Positions 36,014 to 44,182 of a stretch of DNA of 54,643 nucleotides are shown in pieces. The stretch comes from Candidatus Moraniibacteriota bacterium (lineage in GTDB: Bacteria > Patescibacteriota > Minisyncoccia > Moranbacterales > UBA2206). Within the stretch, counting starts at the first letter, position 1. Each line of letters starts with the position of its first letter. Location: assembly GCA_026396175.1 (NCBI GenBank), contig JAPLXG010000004.1, forward strand, positions 1 to 54,643. Direction: 5' to 3'. A program made the translations under genes and the position numbers. The notes under the pieces are model-generated. The model was given only the letters and a program-made list of their open reading frames with translations. It had not been told where the DNA came from and did no database searches.

Positions 36014-36457
36014 ATGGGCACACTAGCAATCAACAAAAAGGCGGGTTTGGACTATTTCCTCGAAGATCTTTACGAGGCTGGTTTGGTTTTGAATGGGCAA
36101 GAGGTGAAATCGGTCAGATCGGGGCAAGTTAGCCTCAAGGAAAGCTTTGTGACACTCAAGGGCACGGAGCTATACCTTACCAACGCCTATATCGCCCCCT
36201 ACAAACAAGCGGGTTTGAAGCAAATCAACGACCCAACCCGACCCCGGAAGCTCCTTTTGAAAAAGTCAGAAATCCGCCAATTGATTGGAAAAGTACGCAC
36301 GGAAGGCTTGACATTAGTGCCACTTCGGTTGTATACTAAGAAACGACTATTAAAGCTGGCTTTTGCCGTGGGAAAAGGCAAAAAGAAGTTCGATAAGCGC
36401 GAAGATATCGCCAAAAGAGAGGCGAAACGGAGTATCGACCGAGCTTTAAAAAGTTAA
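36014..36457 (+). CDS. smpB: SsrA-binding protein
   Basis: EAGLVLNGQEVKSVR, PTRPRKLLL, GKGKKKFDKRE. Confidence 0.96.
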   Translation: MGTLAINKKAGLDYFLEDLYEAGLVLNGQEVKSVRSGQVSLKESFVTLKGTELYLTNAYIAPYKQAGLKQINDPTRPRKLLLKKSEIRQLIGKVRTEGLTLVPLRLYTKKRLLKLAFAVGKGKKKFDKREDIAKREAKRSIDRALKS

Positions 36458-36669
36458 GAATTTTTAATTTTATAATTTTTGAATTTTTAAATAATGTCCC
36501 AATTTTTGAATGTTTAAAAATTGAGTCATTTAAAATTATTTCAAAAATTACCTGCCTGCCGGTAGGCAGGAAAATTAAAAAATTAAAAATTTCCTTCCAA
36601 TCTTCACTACAGTCAGATTTCTCCACTTATATTACTTTACTGCCCAGTCTATCAGTAAGCAATATAGTT

Positions 36670-37227
36670 GGGGATGCCTGGTTTCGACAGGTTGTACGTT
36701 TAAAATATGCAAGCCGAGCTCTTATGGCTGCTCGTTTATCCCCCACCACTTTTTTACTCGCACTTTGTGCGCGAGAGATAGTTTACTAATTTATCATCAG
36801 TAAGTTAATAAAAAACGACTTACATGCAAGATAATTTCAAAAAGTAGAAAAGTGGTGGGGGATGAAAAACCGCTATTAAAGTTATAAGTGCAAACTTACT
36901 AACAAAAGCAAAAACTGCGATTGCTGAGGCTTTCACAGTCAACTTTGCTACCGCTCTTGCCTAATACTAGCCTTTACTAGTTAGGGCATAAGCCATCGAA
37001 TTTATTTTCGCCCAAGGGGTAAATTTCGGTGTCATATTATTGGGCTAGCTTTTGGCACTTTTCTTGGCTGCCACTTGCGAAATCAATGCCGAGAATAGAT
37101 TGAGAAGGTTTTGTTCGCCTTTCACTTTTCGATCGACCCCGCCTCGTGTGGGAACCAAGGCGAAATAAGCTTGTAGTATATTTTAGATGAATAATTTTGG
37201 ACGCGAGTTCAACTCTCGCCATCTCCA
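36670..37227 (+). ncRNA. ssrA: tmRNA (558 nt including a 132-nt insert); tag frame 36890-36964 reads ANLLTKAKTAIAEAFTVNFATALA
   Basis: 5' GGGGATG pairs with 3' CATCTCC-A including the G3-U wobble; GGTTTCGAC; T-arm GCGAGTTCAACTCTCGC; adjacent to smpB; CCA not encoded. Confidence 0.92.
36735..36866. repeat. Family C element inside the tmRNA
   Basis: TTTATCCCCCACCACTTTT ... AAAAGTGGTGGGGGATGAA. Confidence 0.9.
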
Positions 37228-37236
37228 CGTGCAGCT

Positions 37237-37353
37237 CTCTACGAACTACGAATTAAGTACGAATATACGAATAATTTATATCCAGCTATTTCTAGCTTTC
37301 GCCGGCTTTCTGTTTTAGATTAGTATATTCGTAAAAATTCGTAGTTCGTAGAG
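37237..37353. repeat. Family K (TACGAA-type) inverted doublet; single arms also near 27003, 29100 and 33007
   Basis: CTCTACGAACTACGAATT..TACGAATATACGAA ... TTAGTATATTCGTA..AATTCGTAGTTCGTAGAG. Confidence 0.7.
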
Positions 37354-37386
37354 ACTACGTAAAACATAACCACTAACACTAAATTT

Positions 37387-37938
37387 ATCAGACGAACACC
37401 CTACAAAAGACCAGTTGTCAGAAAAGGTCCGATTACCAGAATTAACGATCAAATCCGCGTGCCGGAAGTACGTGTTATTCGTGATTCCGATAATGCCCAA
37501 CTTGGAGTCATCCCAACTACCCAGGCGCTAGAGCTTGCTCGCGAAGAAGGCCTGGACATCGTGGAAATCGCGCCACACGCAAAACCACCCGTTTGCAAAA
37601 TAATGGACTTTGGAAAATTTCAATATCAAAAATCCCGCCTGGAACGCGTGAATAAATCCAAACAGAAAAAATCAGAAGTAAAAGGCATTCGTTTGGGAGT
37701 GCGCACTGACACGCATGACTTGGAATTCAAAAAAGCCCAAGCGGAAAAGTTTTTGAAGAAGGGCGCGAAAGTTAAGATAGAACTGACGATGCGCGGCAGA
37801 GAAAAAGCTCATCAAGATCTGGCTCGCGAAAATCTGAAACAGTTTCTTCACGAAATCGCGATTCCCTACAAAATTGAACAAGAAATCAAACGTTACCCGG
37901 GAGGATTTAATGCGATTATAGCTCCCGATGAAGAGTAA
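37387..37938 (+). CDS. infC: Translation initiation factor IF-3; probable non-AUG start (ATC 37387)
   Basis: The conserved RINDQIR lies upstream of GTG 37459; PPVCKIMDFGKF, RGRE. Confidence 0.92.
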   Translation: MRRTPYKRPVVRKGPITRINDQIRVPEVRVIRDSDNAQLGVIPTTQALELAREEGLDIVEIAPHAKPPVCKIMDFGKFQYQKSRLERVNKSKQKKSEVKGIRLGVRTDTHDLEFKKAQAEKFLKKGAKVKIELTMRGREKAHQDLARENLKQFLHEIAIPYKIEQEIKRYPGGFNAIIAPDEE

Positions 37939-37950
37939 TTTTGTTTATAT

Positions 37951-38115
37951 CCCCTTCTCCCTTAGGGAGAAGCCTGCCTGCCGGTAGGCAGGGTGGTCGA
38001 AGACCGGATGAGGGAAAGGGTATTATGCTAAGAAAAAATAAACTTAGATTATTCTTAACGTAAAGCCCTTGCCCTCACCTGTCCTCCGGACATCCTCTCC
38101 CGAGGGGCGAGGAGG
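37951..38115. repeat. Family B doublet with a family D insert at 37973-37992
   Basis: GGGAGAAG[CCTGCCTGCCGGTAGGCAGG]GTGG. Confidence 0.85.
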
Positions 38116-38163
38116 ATAATTTCATTAAGCTAAATAATTATTGAGTTAGACTGGAAAAAATTT

Positions 38164-38358
38164 ATGCCAAAGCTAAAAACTAAAAAAGCGCTAGCGAAGA
38201 AAATTAAGATTACCAAGAACAAAAAAGTAATCCGCCGCTCAACCGGACAAAATCACTATAACTCCAAGGAAAACGGCAAAGTCGGGCGAGAGAAAAAGGG
38301 CGACAAGAGACTTTTCAAGGCTGACGAGAAAAATGTTCTAAAAAGAATGCAAGTATAA
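38164..38358 (+). CDS. rpmI: 50S ribosomal protein L35
   Basis: MPKLKTKKALAKKIKIT; infC-rpmI-rplT synteny. Confidence 0.92.
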   Translation: MPKLKTKKALAKKIKITKNKKVIRRSTGQNHYNSKENGKVGREKKGDKRLFKADEKNVLKRMQV

Positions 38359-38454
38359 TAAGTAAATTTTTAAATTATAAATTTCGAATCAATTTGAGAT
38401 TATCAATGCATTTCATTGAAAATTGAAAATTGAAAATTGAAAATTACCCCAAAT

Positions 38455-38799
38455 ATGACCAGAGTAAAACGCGGGATGGCCTCCTCAAAAAGAAGAAAGA
38501 ATTTATTGGAAGACGCCAAGGGTTTCAAATGGAGAAGAAGTACTAATTATCGCGCCGCGAAAGAAGCGGTGATTAAGGCTGGCTCCTATGCCTTTCGTGA
38601 TCGTCGTGCCAAGAAACGCGTGATGCGAAAATTGTGGATTACGAGACTCAATATCGCGCTTCGCGAATTGGGACTAAAATATAGCCAATTCATCAAGATT
38701 ATGATTGATAAGCACATTGAATTGGATCGCAAGGTACTTTCTCAACTGGCAGTGAGCGATCCGAAAGTTTTCGCTAAATTGATTGAGTCGGTAAAATAG
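38455..38799 (+). CDS. rplT: 50S ribosomal protein L20
   Basis: MTRVKRG, AFRDRRAKKR, LWITRLN, LDRKVLS. Confidence 0.96.
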   Translation: MTRVKRGMASSKRRKNLLEDAKGFKWRRSTNYRAAKEAVIKAGSYAFRDRRAKKRVMRKLWITRLNIALRELGLKYSQFIKIMIDKHIELDRKVLSQLAVSDPKVFAKLIESVK

Positions 38800-38812
38800 A
38801 TTTATTGTTTTA

Positions 38813-38853
38813 AATACAAAAAAATTCCCATATTGTGGGAATTTTTTTGTATT
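38813..38853 (+). terminator. Intrinsic terminator after rplT
   Basis: AAAAAAATTCCCA-TATTG-TGGGAATTTTTTT. Confidence 0.7.
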
Positions 38854-38861
38854 TATTTTTT

Positions 38862-39139
38862 TGTCATTCCCGCGCAGGCGGGAATCCAGTCACGCAATTA
38901 GCTTAAAATAGAGGTCGTCCCAGTTAGGATTATTTTGTTCGATAAGATTTATTTTCCACGCTCTGTTCCATTTTTTGAGTGCTTTTTCCCTGGCAATAGC
39001 TGAATGAATATTTTCAGTTTGTTCATAATGAACTAATTTTCTAACATCATACTTTTTACTAAATCCATCAGTAATCTTGGTTTTATGTTGCTGGATTCTT
39101 TTAATTAAATCTGAGGTTACGCCGATCGCGGGAATGACA
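38862..39139 (-). pseudogene. Family A element with a GIY-YIG gene lacking 81 bp (start codon, N-terminal motif and half of one arm)
   Basis: Identical to the 24114 copy over shared sequence; lacks its 24323-24403. Confidence 0.85.
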
Positions 39140-39208
39140 ATCTTATTTATTTTATTTTTAGTAGCGCTGTGCCATTGTGAATGTTTTTGAGGATGATACA
39201 CGAAGATG

Positions 39209-39409
39209 CTACCTCTTCTTCCCCAAAATCACCTCCCGAATCAGTCGACGGAGTCCATAAAAGGGTAGCCAGATCCAGAGCGTTTTCAAGACCCATTTAT
39301 TCCAAAAACCATTCGGGTTGGTGGAGAAATAATCAAAAACCAAGTAGAGCAAAAAAAGGATTAAGATAAAAGGCCCGAAGGTGAGAACATACGCGTCAAA
39401 TTTATTCAT
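39209..39409 (-). CDS. Small membrane protein
   Basis: Hydrophobic 66-aa frame co-oriented with the HAD gene. Confidence 0.55.
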   Translation of the reverse strand: MNKFDAYVLTFGPFILILFLLYLVFDYFSTNPNGFWNKWVLKTLWIWLPFYGLRRLIREVILGKKR

Positions 39410-39412
39410 AGT

Positions 39413-39547
39413 TTTATCCCCTACCACTTTTTCACTCGCGTTCGCGATATGCAGGCAGAGTTTTGTTAATTAAATTATTTACAGCTTATCTAAGCAAACT
39501 CAAATGTAAATTAAGGTAAAAAAAGTGAAAAAGTGGTGGGGGATTAA
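39413..39547. repeat. Family C element (135 bp)
   Basis: TTTATCCCCTACCACTTTTTCACT ... AGTGAAAAAGTGGTGGGGGATTAA. Confidence 0.85.
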
Positions 39548-40263
39548 TTCTTATTATTAATTTCATAGATCACATCTTTTTTCTCTACCACAATTCTCCA
39601 CTGATTTTTCTCCGCAATTTTTCGCAAATTCAAATCTGGATTAAACGCAATCGGCCGATCAACCAACTCCAAAAATGACGCGTCGGATTGGGTATCCCCC
39701 ATCCCGAAAGAATCAACCAGCGAAATATCATTTTCAGCGACGAATTGTTTCACCACCGATCCCTTGTCATGCGTTGGTTCAAAAATCGTACGCCCGGTAT
39801 AAATTTTGTTTTTATCAATTTCATAGACACTGCCGAAATAGGCATCAAAACCAAAAATCTCCGCATATTCTTTCACAATCTCGATTGGCGAGCCGGAGAT
39901 CACAAGCATTACGTGATCGCTGCGCATTTCTTCAATCAGTTTTTTGGCAAAAATATAGGTTCGCTTGATATTGAACTCAGCCACGATTTTGGCGGCTTTC
40001 ATGATGTCTTCCTGGCTTTTGCCGGCAATGTTTTTTTCATACAGCTCCACCAGCTTTTTGCGATAGGCTTCATAGGTGCCTTCGTTGTCCAGCCAATGAC
40101 CATAGAGACCGATCAGTTCATTCCTGACAATTTTGGGAAAAATCTTCATCCAGGAGAGTTCGTTTAAAAGTTCAAAAGCTAAATTTTTGCGAAAAATTGT
40201 ACCATCAATATCAAAAACGGCTAACTTTTTTTTGTGCGTTTTCTTGCAAATTTCTTTTATCAT
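39544..40263 (-). CDS. HAD-IB family phosphatase (SerB-like)
   Basis: AVFDIDGT, ISGS, GDTQSD, AFNPD. Confidence 0.88.
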   Translation of the reverse strand: MIKEICKKTHKKKLAVFDIDGTIFRKNLAFELLNELSWMKIFPKIVRNELIGLYGHWLDNEGTYEAYRKKLVELYEKNIAGKSQEDIMKAAKIVAEFNIKRTYIFAKKLIEEMRSDHVMLVISGSPIEIVKEYAEIFGFDAYFGSVYEIDKNKIYTGRTIFEPTHDKGSVVKQFVAENDISLVDSFGMGDTQSDASFLELVDRPIAFNPDLNLRKIAEKNQWRIVVEKKDVIYEINNKN

Positions 40264-40372
40264 AAAAAAATAAAAATACAAACCCTGGGGCAAGCGCTGG
40301 ATCATCTCCTTGATAAGCCACAGAGAATTTACTTAAAATTAGCTCGTCCGCCGAAGCTTCAGCGTAGGAGGA

Positions 40373-41041
40373 TCAAAATCTCAAATATTTATCCCAGTGC
40401 GCATAGAGTTCGGCAGTCGTTACCAAGTCCCTCGCGCAATAGCGGGCGATTTCTAAATATTTTCCGGCCTGATAGAGTTCGCCAACCATCGACCCAGTAG
40501 TCCCCTCGTCCTTGGAACTTTTGATCCCAAAATATTTTGCATAAAAATCCAGAGTATATCTGCGCGTCGCGCCATAGAAAGTTAATTGCTCCAGCAAATC
40601 ACAATGCGTCTTGTGGTCATAGCGATAACCGAATAAATTCTTGGCTGGATGAATCTCGTGCTTGGCACTACGCAATGAAAGAAATGGCCCGTCAAAACTG
40701 CGCCCGTTGAAAGTGATCACTTGATCATAGTTTTTCACCAGCTCCCAAAATTTTTCCAAAATGGCTTTTTCTGATCCACTTTCATATTGGATACCGTTCT
40801 CTTCAAACTCGCTTTTTTCCTCCTCTTTATTTTGAAATAACACGATGCCTTTTCGCGTTTCCGGATTGAGCATTCCGATTGTCACAATTTCGCCCGTCAG
40901 CGGACTGAGCGCCAATTTCTTTTTTACCTCCTCACGCTCCTCATCAGTTTCGCTATACTTGAACAAATACTCTTGCGTTTTCTTTTCAAACGCCTCAAAA
41001 TCAACTCCGATCGTCTCGATATCGACAACTATTTTCGGCAT
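40373..41041 (-). CDS. PolB-like 3'-5' exonuclease / RNase H-like domain protein
   Basis: VDIET, TFNGRSFD, YCARD. Confidence 0.85.
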   Translation of the reverse strand: MPKIVVDIETIGVDFEAFEKKTQEYLFKYSETDEEREEVKKKLALSPLTGEIVTIGMLNPETRKGIVLFQNKEEEKSEFEENGIQYESGSEKAILEKFWELVKNYDQVITFNGRSFDGPFLSLRSAKHEIHPAKNLFGYRYDHKTHCDLLEQLTFYGATRRYTLDFYAKYFGIKSSKDEGTTGSMVGELYQAGKYLEIARYCARDLVTTAELYAHWDKYLRF

Positions 41042-41057
41042 ATTATTAGAAAAAATA

Positions 41058-41228
41058 TTACATCCGTAGCTTAACATATATCCCATAAACCGCTAAAATC
41101 AAAGCGATGAGCATCCATTGAGTTCCCGCGAGTCCAAAAATATCTGCTTTAAATAGAAAATTAAAACCGGAAACCAGCGCCGCCAGAACGGAAAGTCCCA
41201 TCAAAATATCGCTGTGTTTTTTCATCAT
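41058..41228 (-). CDS. Small two-TM protein (56 aa), absent from the ORF track
   Basis: AAGGAGGT SD; MMKKHSDILMGLSVLAALVSGFNFLFKADIFGLAGTQWMLIALILAVYGIYVKLRM. Confidence 0.65.
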   Translation of the reverse strand: MMKKHSDILMGLSVLAALVSGFNFLFKADIFGLAGTQWMLIALILAVYGIYVKLRM

Positions 41229-41318
41229 AACCCACCTCCTTTCTTTTTTTATACTAGCATATTGAGCTAAATTTTAAAAACAGGGAAAAATTCGAGCTTC
41301 TGCTGACCATTTTTGCCT

Positions 41319-42068
41319 TCATTCAACCACGATCATCGCTTTTCGTCCTGTTTCAATCTTTTTCGCGTCGCCCGGAAAATCGTAAATAGCGCCATAGAGC
41401 GTTTTGATGTTATAGCGATAGCCCTGGCCTTTGCGCGTCCCTGGATCATTAGTGATAATCGTGTCGCCATCATAACCAATGAGCACGAGATTATGATAGA
41501 GCGGACCGGGCGCCGTGAAATTAGGATTGCCCAGTCGCCTTCCCGCGGCCGGCACAATAATCGGTTTTCCTTGTGAGAGATATTTTTTCAAATCCTCCGC
41601 GGTGAAATCATAGACCACGCGCAAATTTTTTAGACCATAATAATTTTCACCTAGCGTTGCTGTTTGGGCCACCGTGCTGTCTTCATAGCCTTTGGCAAAT
41701 TTAATTTCATAAGCGATAAGCGCTTGAATTTCTTTTTCCGCCACGACTGGCGTCAGCTTTTTGTTCTGCAAGAAATAGTCCAACATCACAAGTGATGCCT
41801 CTTCACAAGCTTCCTCGTGATAGGCGTCCCACTTTCCAAATGGTGCTTGAGAAGTGAACGGCACATCGATTAAAATTTTTGTTGCTTCGCCCGCCGTAGC
41901 TTTTTTATCCGCCAAAGCTTTAGCGTCGGAGGAAGCGGAGGAGGGTTCAGTAATGACATTATTATTTTTTATTTCTTCGGATACTATTTCTGAATTATTA
42001 GCTGTTTTTGAAGAAATGTTTTCTGCGGGAGAAAGACGTGACAGTGCCACGTCTCTACGAATATGCAC
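41319..42068 (-). CDS. C39-like peptidase domain protein; its N-terminal TM anchor (about 42070-42150) is 1 nt out of frame
   Basis: VPFTSQAPFG.W, ACEEAS, HNLVLIGYD, TNDPGT. Confidence 0.8.
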   Translation of the reverse strand: MHIRRDVALSRLSPAENISSKTANNSEIVSEEIKNNNVITEPSSASSDAKALADKKATAGEATKILIDVPFTSQAPFGKWDAYHEEACEEASLVMLDYFLQNKKLTPVVAEKEIQALIAYEIKFAKGYEDSTVAQTATLGENYYGLKNLRVVYDFTAEDLKKYLSQGKPIIVPAAGRRLGNPNFTAPGPLYHNLVLIGYDGDTIITNDPGTRKGQGYRYNIKTLYGAIYDFPGDAKKIETGRKAMIVVE

Positions 42069-42232
42069 AATTAAAAATTAATGACGCTAAAATAATTAGC
42101 GCCACTAGATACCAAGAAGCTTTTTTAATTGTTTTGTTTTTAGTAGCCACAGAAATTAACACTCTGCAGGTTCAGGCATCTCGTCTAAACCCATGGAATA
42201 TTATAATAAAAGCCTGTAAAAATACTTTTAAT

Positions 42233-42802
42233 TTAATCCCGTGTGACTTGTTCTGAGCTATACGCTTCAATTGCCAAATTTGTCACACTTATTATTGTCG
42301 CCATGCCATCATTCGTACTCGGATTATAAATATCACATGCCATCTCAAGGATTTTTTCTACAACATTCCATTTTAAAACCCCTGCATACTCTCCTGTTCC
42401 CATATCATTAAGCTCAACACGTCTTTTTGATTCTTTCAAGATTAGCTCTACAGCCTTAAGCGCTAAATCCGTTGCCTCTTCCACCGACATCGGCTTATTT
42501 CCGTCTTTATACTTATCAAATAAAAGTTTCGCTGCATAGAACACTTCGTCAGTCACTTTCTCGACAAAAGCTTCATTGGAAATTCCAGTTCCTTTATTAT
42601 TTAAGCCTCTAAACCTTTCCCTTTCCTCTAGAAATATATTCATCACTTCAAGCTTAAAATCACTAACTTCTAAATCAACCGTATCATCCCTTTGAGCTAT
42701 TTCTTCCATCTCAATGACTTCACTTTTTGGATCATCGATTTTAACGGCATCAGGCATTTTCGGTTGGTTTAAATTTCCAGTCCATTCTTGTTTTTCGACC
42801 AT
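42233..42802 (-). CDS. Hypothetical protein
   Basis: 189-aa frame. Confidence 0.6.
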   Translation of the reverse strand: MVEKQEWTGNLNQPKMPDAVKIDDPKSEVIEMEEIAQRDDTVDLEVSDFKLEVMNIFLEERERFRGLNNKGTGISNEAFVEKVTDEVFYAAKLLFDKYKDGNKPMSVEEATDLALKAVELILKESKRRVELNDMGTGEYAGVLKWNVVEKILEMACDIYNPSTNDGMATIISVTNLAIEAYSSEQVTRD

Positions 42803-42839
42803 ATCATTTTCCTTTAAATAATTAAGTTATACTTCTATT

Positions 42840-43988
42840 CTAATATACAATTAATGGCGTGCCAATCTCCGCCCAGTCGTAGACAATTTTAGCCGGACCG
42901 ACTCCGAGGCGAATACAACCGTGCGAAACTGGCGTGCCCAAATGATTGGCACCTTCCTTGTAGCCTCCTGGCCATTCCGGCAGTTCGTGAATGCCCATTT
43001 TGCCATCCGCCAAAAACGCCATCCAGTTAGGCATATAGAGGCCGTAGGCCTTGGAATAGGCGCGGGGAGACTTGTTGTAGATCTGATGCGTGCCAATGGG
43101 TGTTCCCATTCCCCTTTTGCCAGATGAAACCAGATAGGCATCCAACAGCGTTCCGTTTTCAAAGGTCGTCATTATTTGGGTTGTTAAATTAACGTCGATA
43201 TATTTTCCAGTCGTTATTTTCGCTTTAGTATATTTCCTGGCTTGATCGAGGCGTATTGCAAAATCTTTTTCCCAAGCGACCGGAGTGGTTTTCAGCGTTT
43301 CAAATGATCCGGCATAGAGCGCTTGATAGTGCTCATCGCTATCGCCCGCCGCTTTTATGGAAATTTTTAGCGAATATTGAACACCGTCTTCCACTTTGCT
43401 TCTGGGTAAAATTTTGAACTCGGTCTTTTCGGGATTATTTTGATATTCCACTCCGCCGTCCGGATTTAATTGAAAATCGACATAATAATCTTTGGTCGAT
43501 TTATCAAAATCGATGATAATCGGGTCTTCCGCGCCAATAATCACACCCTTGGTTCCATCAGTCGGAAAAACTTTTGTTACTTGCGGAAAATTGGCCACGG
43601 AAAAAGTCAATTTTTTCCCGGCAATTTTGGTCAGCATCGCTGTGCGCCCTTCCGGCAACACAATCGCATAATCTGTTCCGGATTGCCAAAATTTTTCCGG
43701 GGTGATGATTAGTTTTCTTTTTGCCCCATCAAAATCCAGTTTGATTTTTTCTTCCGGCACAGTTTTTATTTTTGTCGCGTAGTCTTTATTCCAAACCGGC
43801 ACGGAAAAATTAACTTCAAGCGCCTCTTTCACTTCAATATTTTTTGCCTTTTTCAAGGTCACATTTTCCGCGTAGGATTTTTGATAGAACTGCCAACCAT
43901 AAAAAATAATCAACGCCAAAGAAGCCAACGCCAAGGAGAGTAGGAAGGTTTTGGTGAAGATTAGGAAAAAGTTTGATTTTTGTTGCAT
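42840..43988 (-). CDS. L,D-transpeptidase with Ig-like domains
   Basis: VSSGK, GIHELP, SHGCIRL; N-terminal TM. Confidence 0.9.
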   Translation of the reverse strand: MQQKSNFFLIFTKTFLLSLALASLALIIFYGWQFYQKSYAENVTLKKAKNIEVKEALEVNFSVPVWNKDYATKIKTVPEEKIKLDFDGAKRKLIITPEKFWQSGTDYAIVLPEGRTAMLTKIAGKKLTFSVANFPQVTKVFPTDGTKGVIIGAEDPIIIDFDKSTKDYYVDFQLNPDGGVEYQNNPEKTEFKILPRSKVEDGVQYSLKISIKAAGDSDEHYQALYAGSFETLKTTPVAWEKDFAIRLDQARKYTKAKITTGKYIDVNLTTQIMTTFENGTLLDAYLVSSGKRGMGTPIGTHQIYNKSPRAYSKAYGLYMPNWMAFLADGKMGIHELPEWPGGYKEGANHLGTPVSHGCIRLGVGPAKIVYDWAEIGTPLIVY

Positions 43989-44018
43989 AAACCTTAAATT
44001 GTGGGATAAAATTTAATT

Positions 44019-44177
44019 CCCCTTCTCCCTTAGGGAGAAGGTGGCCGGAGGCCGGATGAGGGAGGAGCCTTTTGATAATTGACCAGCACTATTTCAAATA
44101 TCGTTTTCTTTTTTATCAACGCCCCCTTCCCTCACCTGTCACGAGTACGTGACATCCTCTCCCTAAGGGCGAGGAGG
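44019..44177. repeat. Family B doublet (159 bp)
   Basis: Same arms as 34631-34781. Confidence 0.85.
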
Positions 44178-44182
44178 AAAAT

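Noticed and set aside
36735-36866. Group I intron in the tmRNA
   Set aside because: Too short, no recognisable catalytic core, not in the T-loop, and it matches a dispersed repeat family.
37387-37461. Non-AUG start of infC as a novelty
   Set aside because: Non-canonical initiation of infC is established autoregulation; it is recorded as a feature only.
38890-39201. 103-aa ORF as an intact GIY-YIG nuclease
   Set aside because: Its N-terminus is read from flanking DNA and the residual arm; the true start and first motif are deleted.
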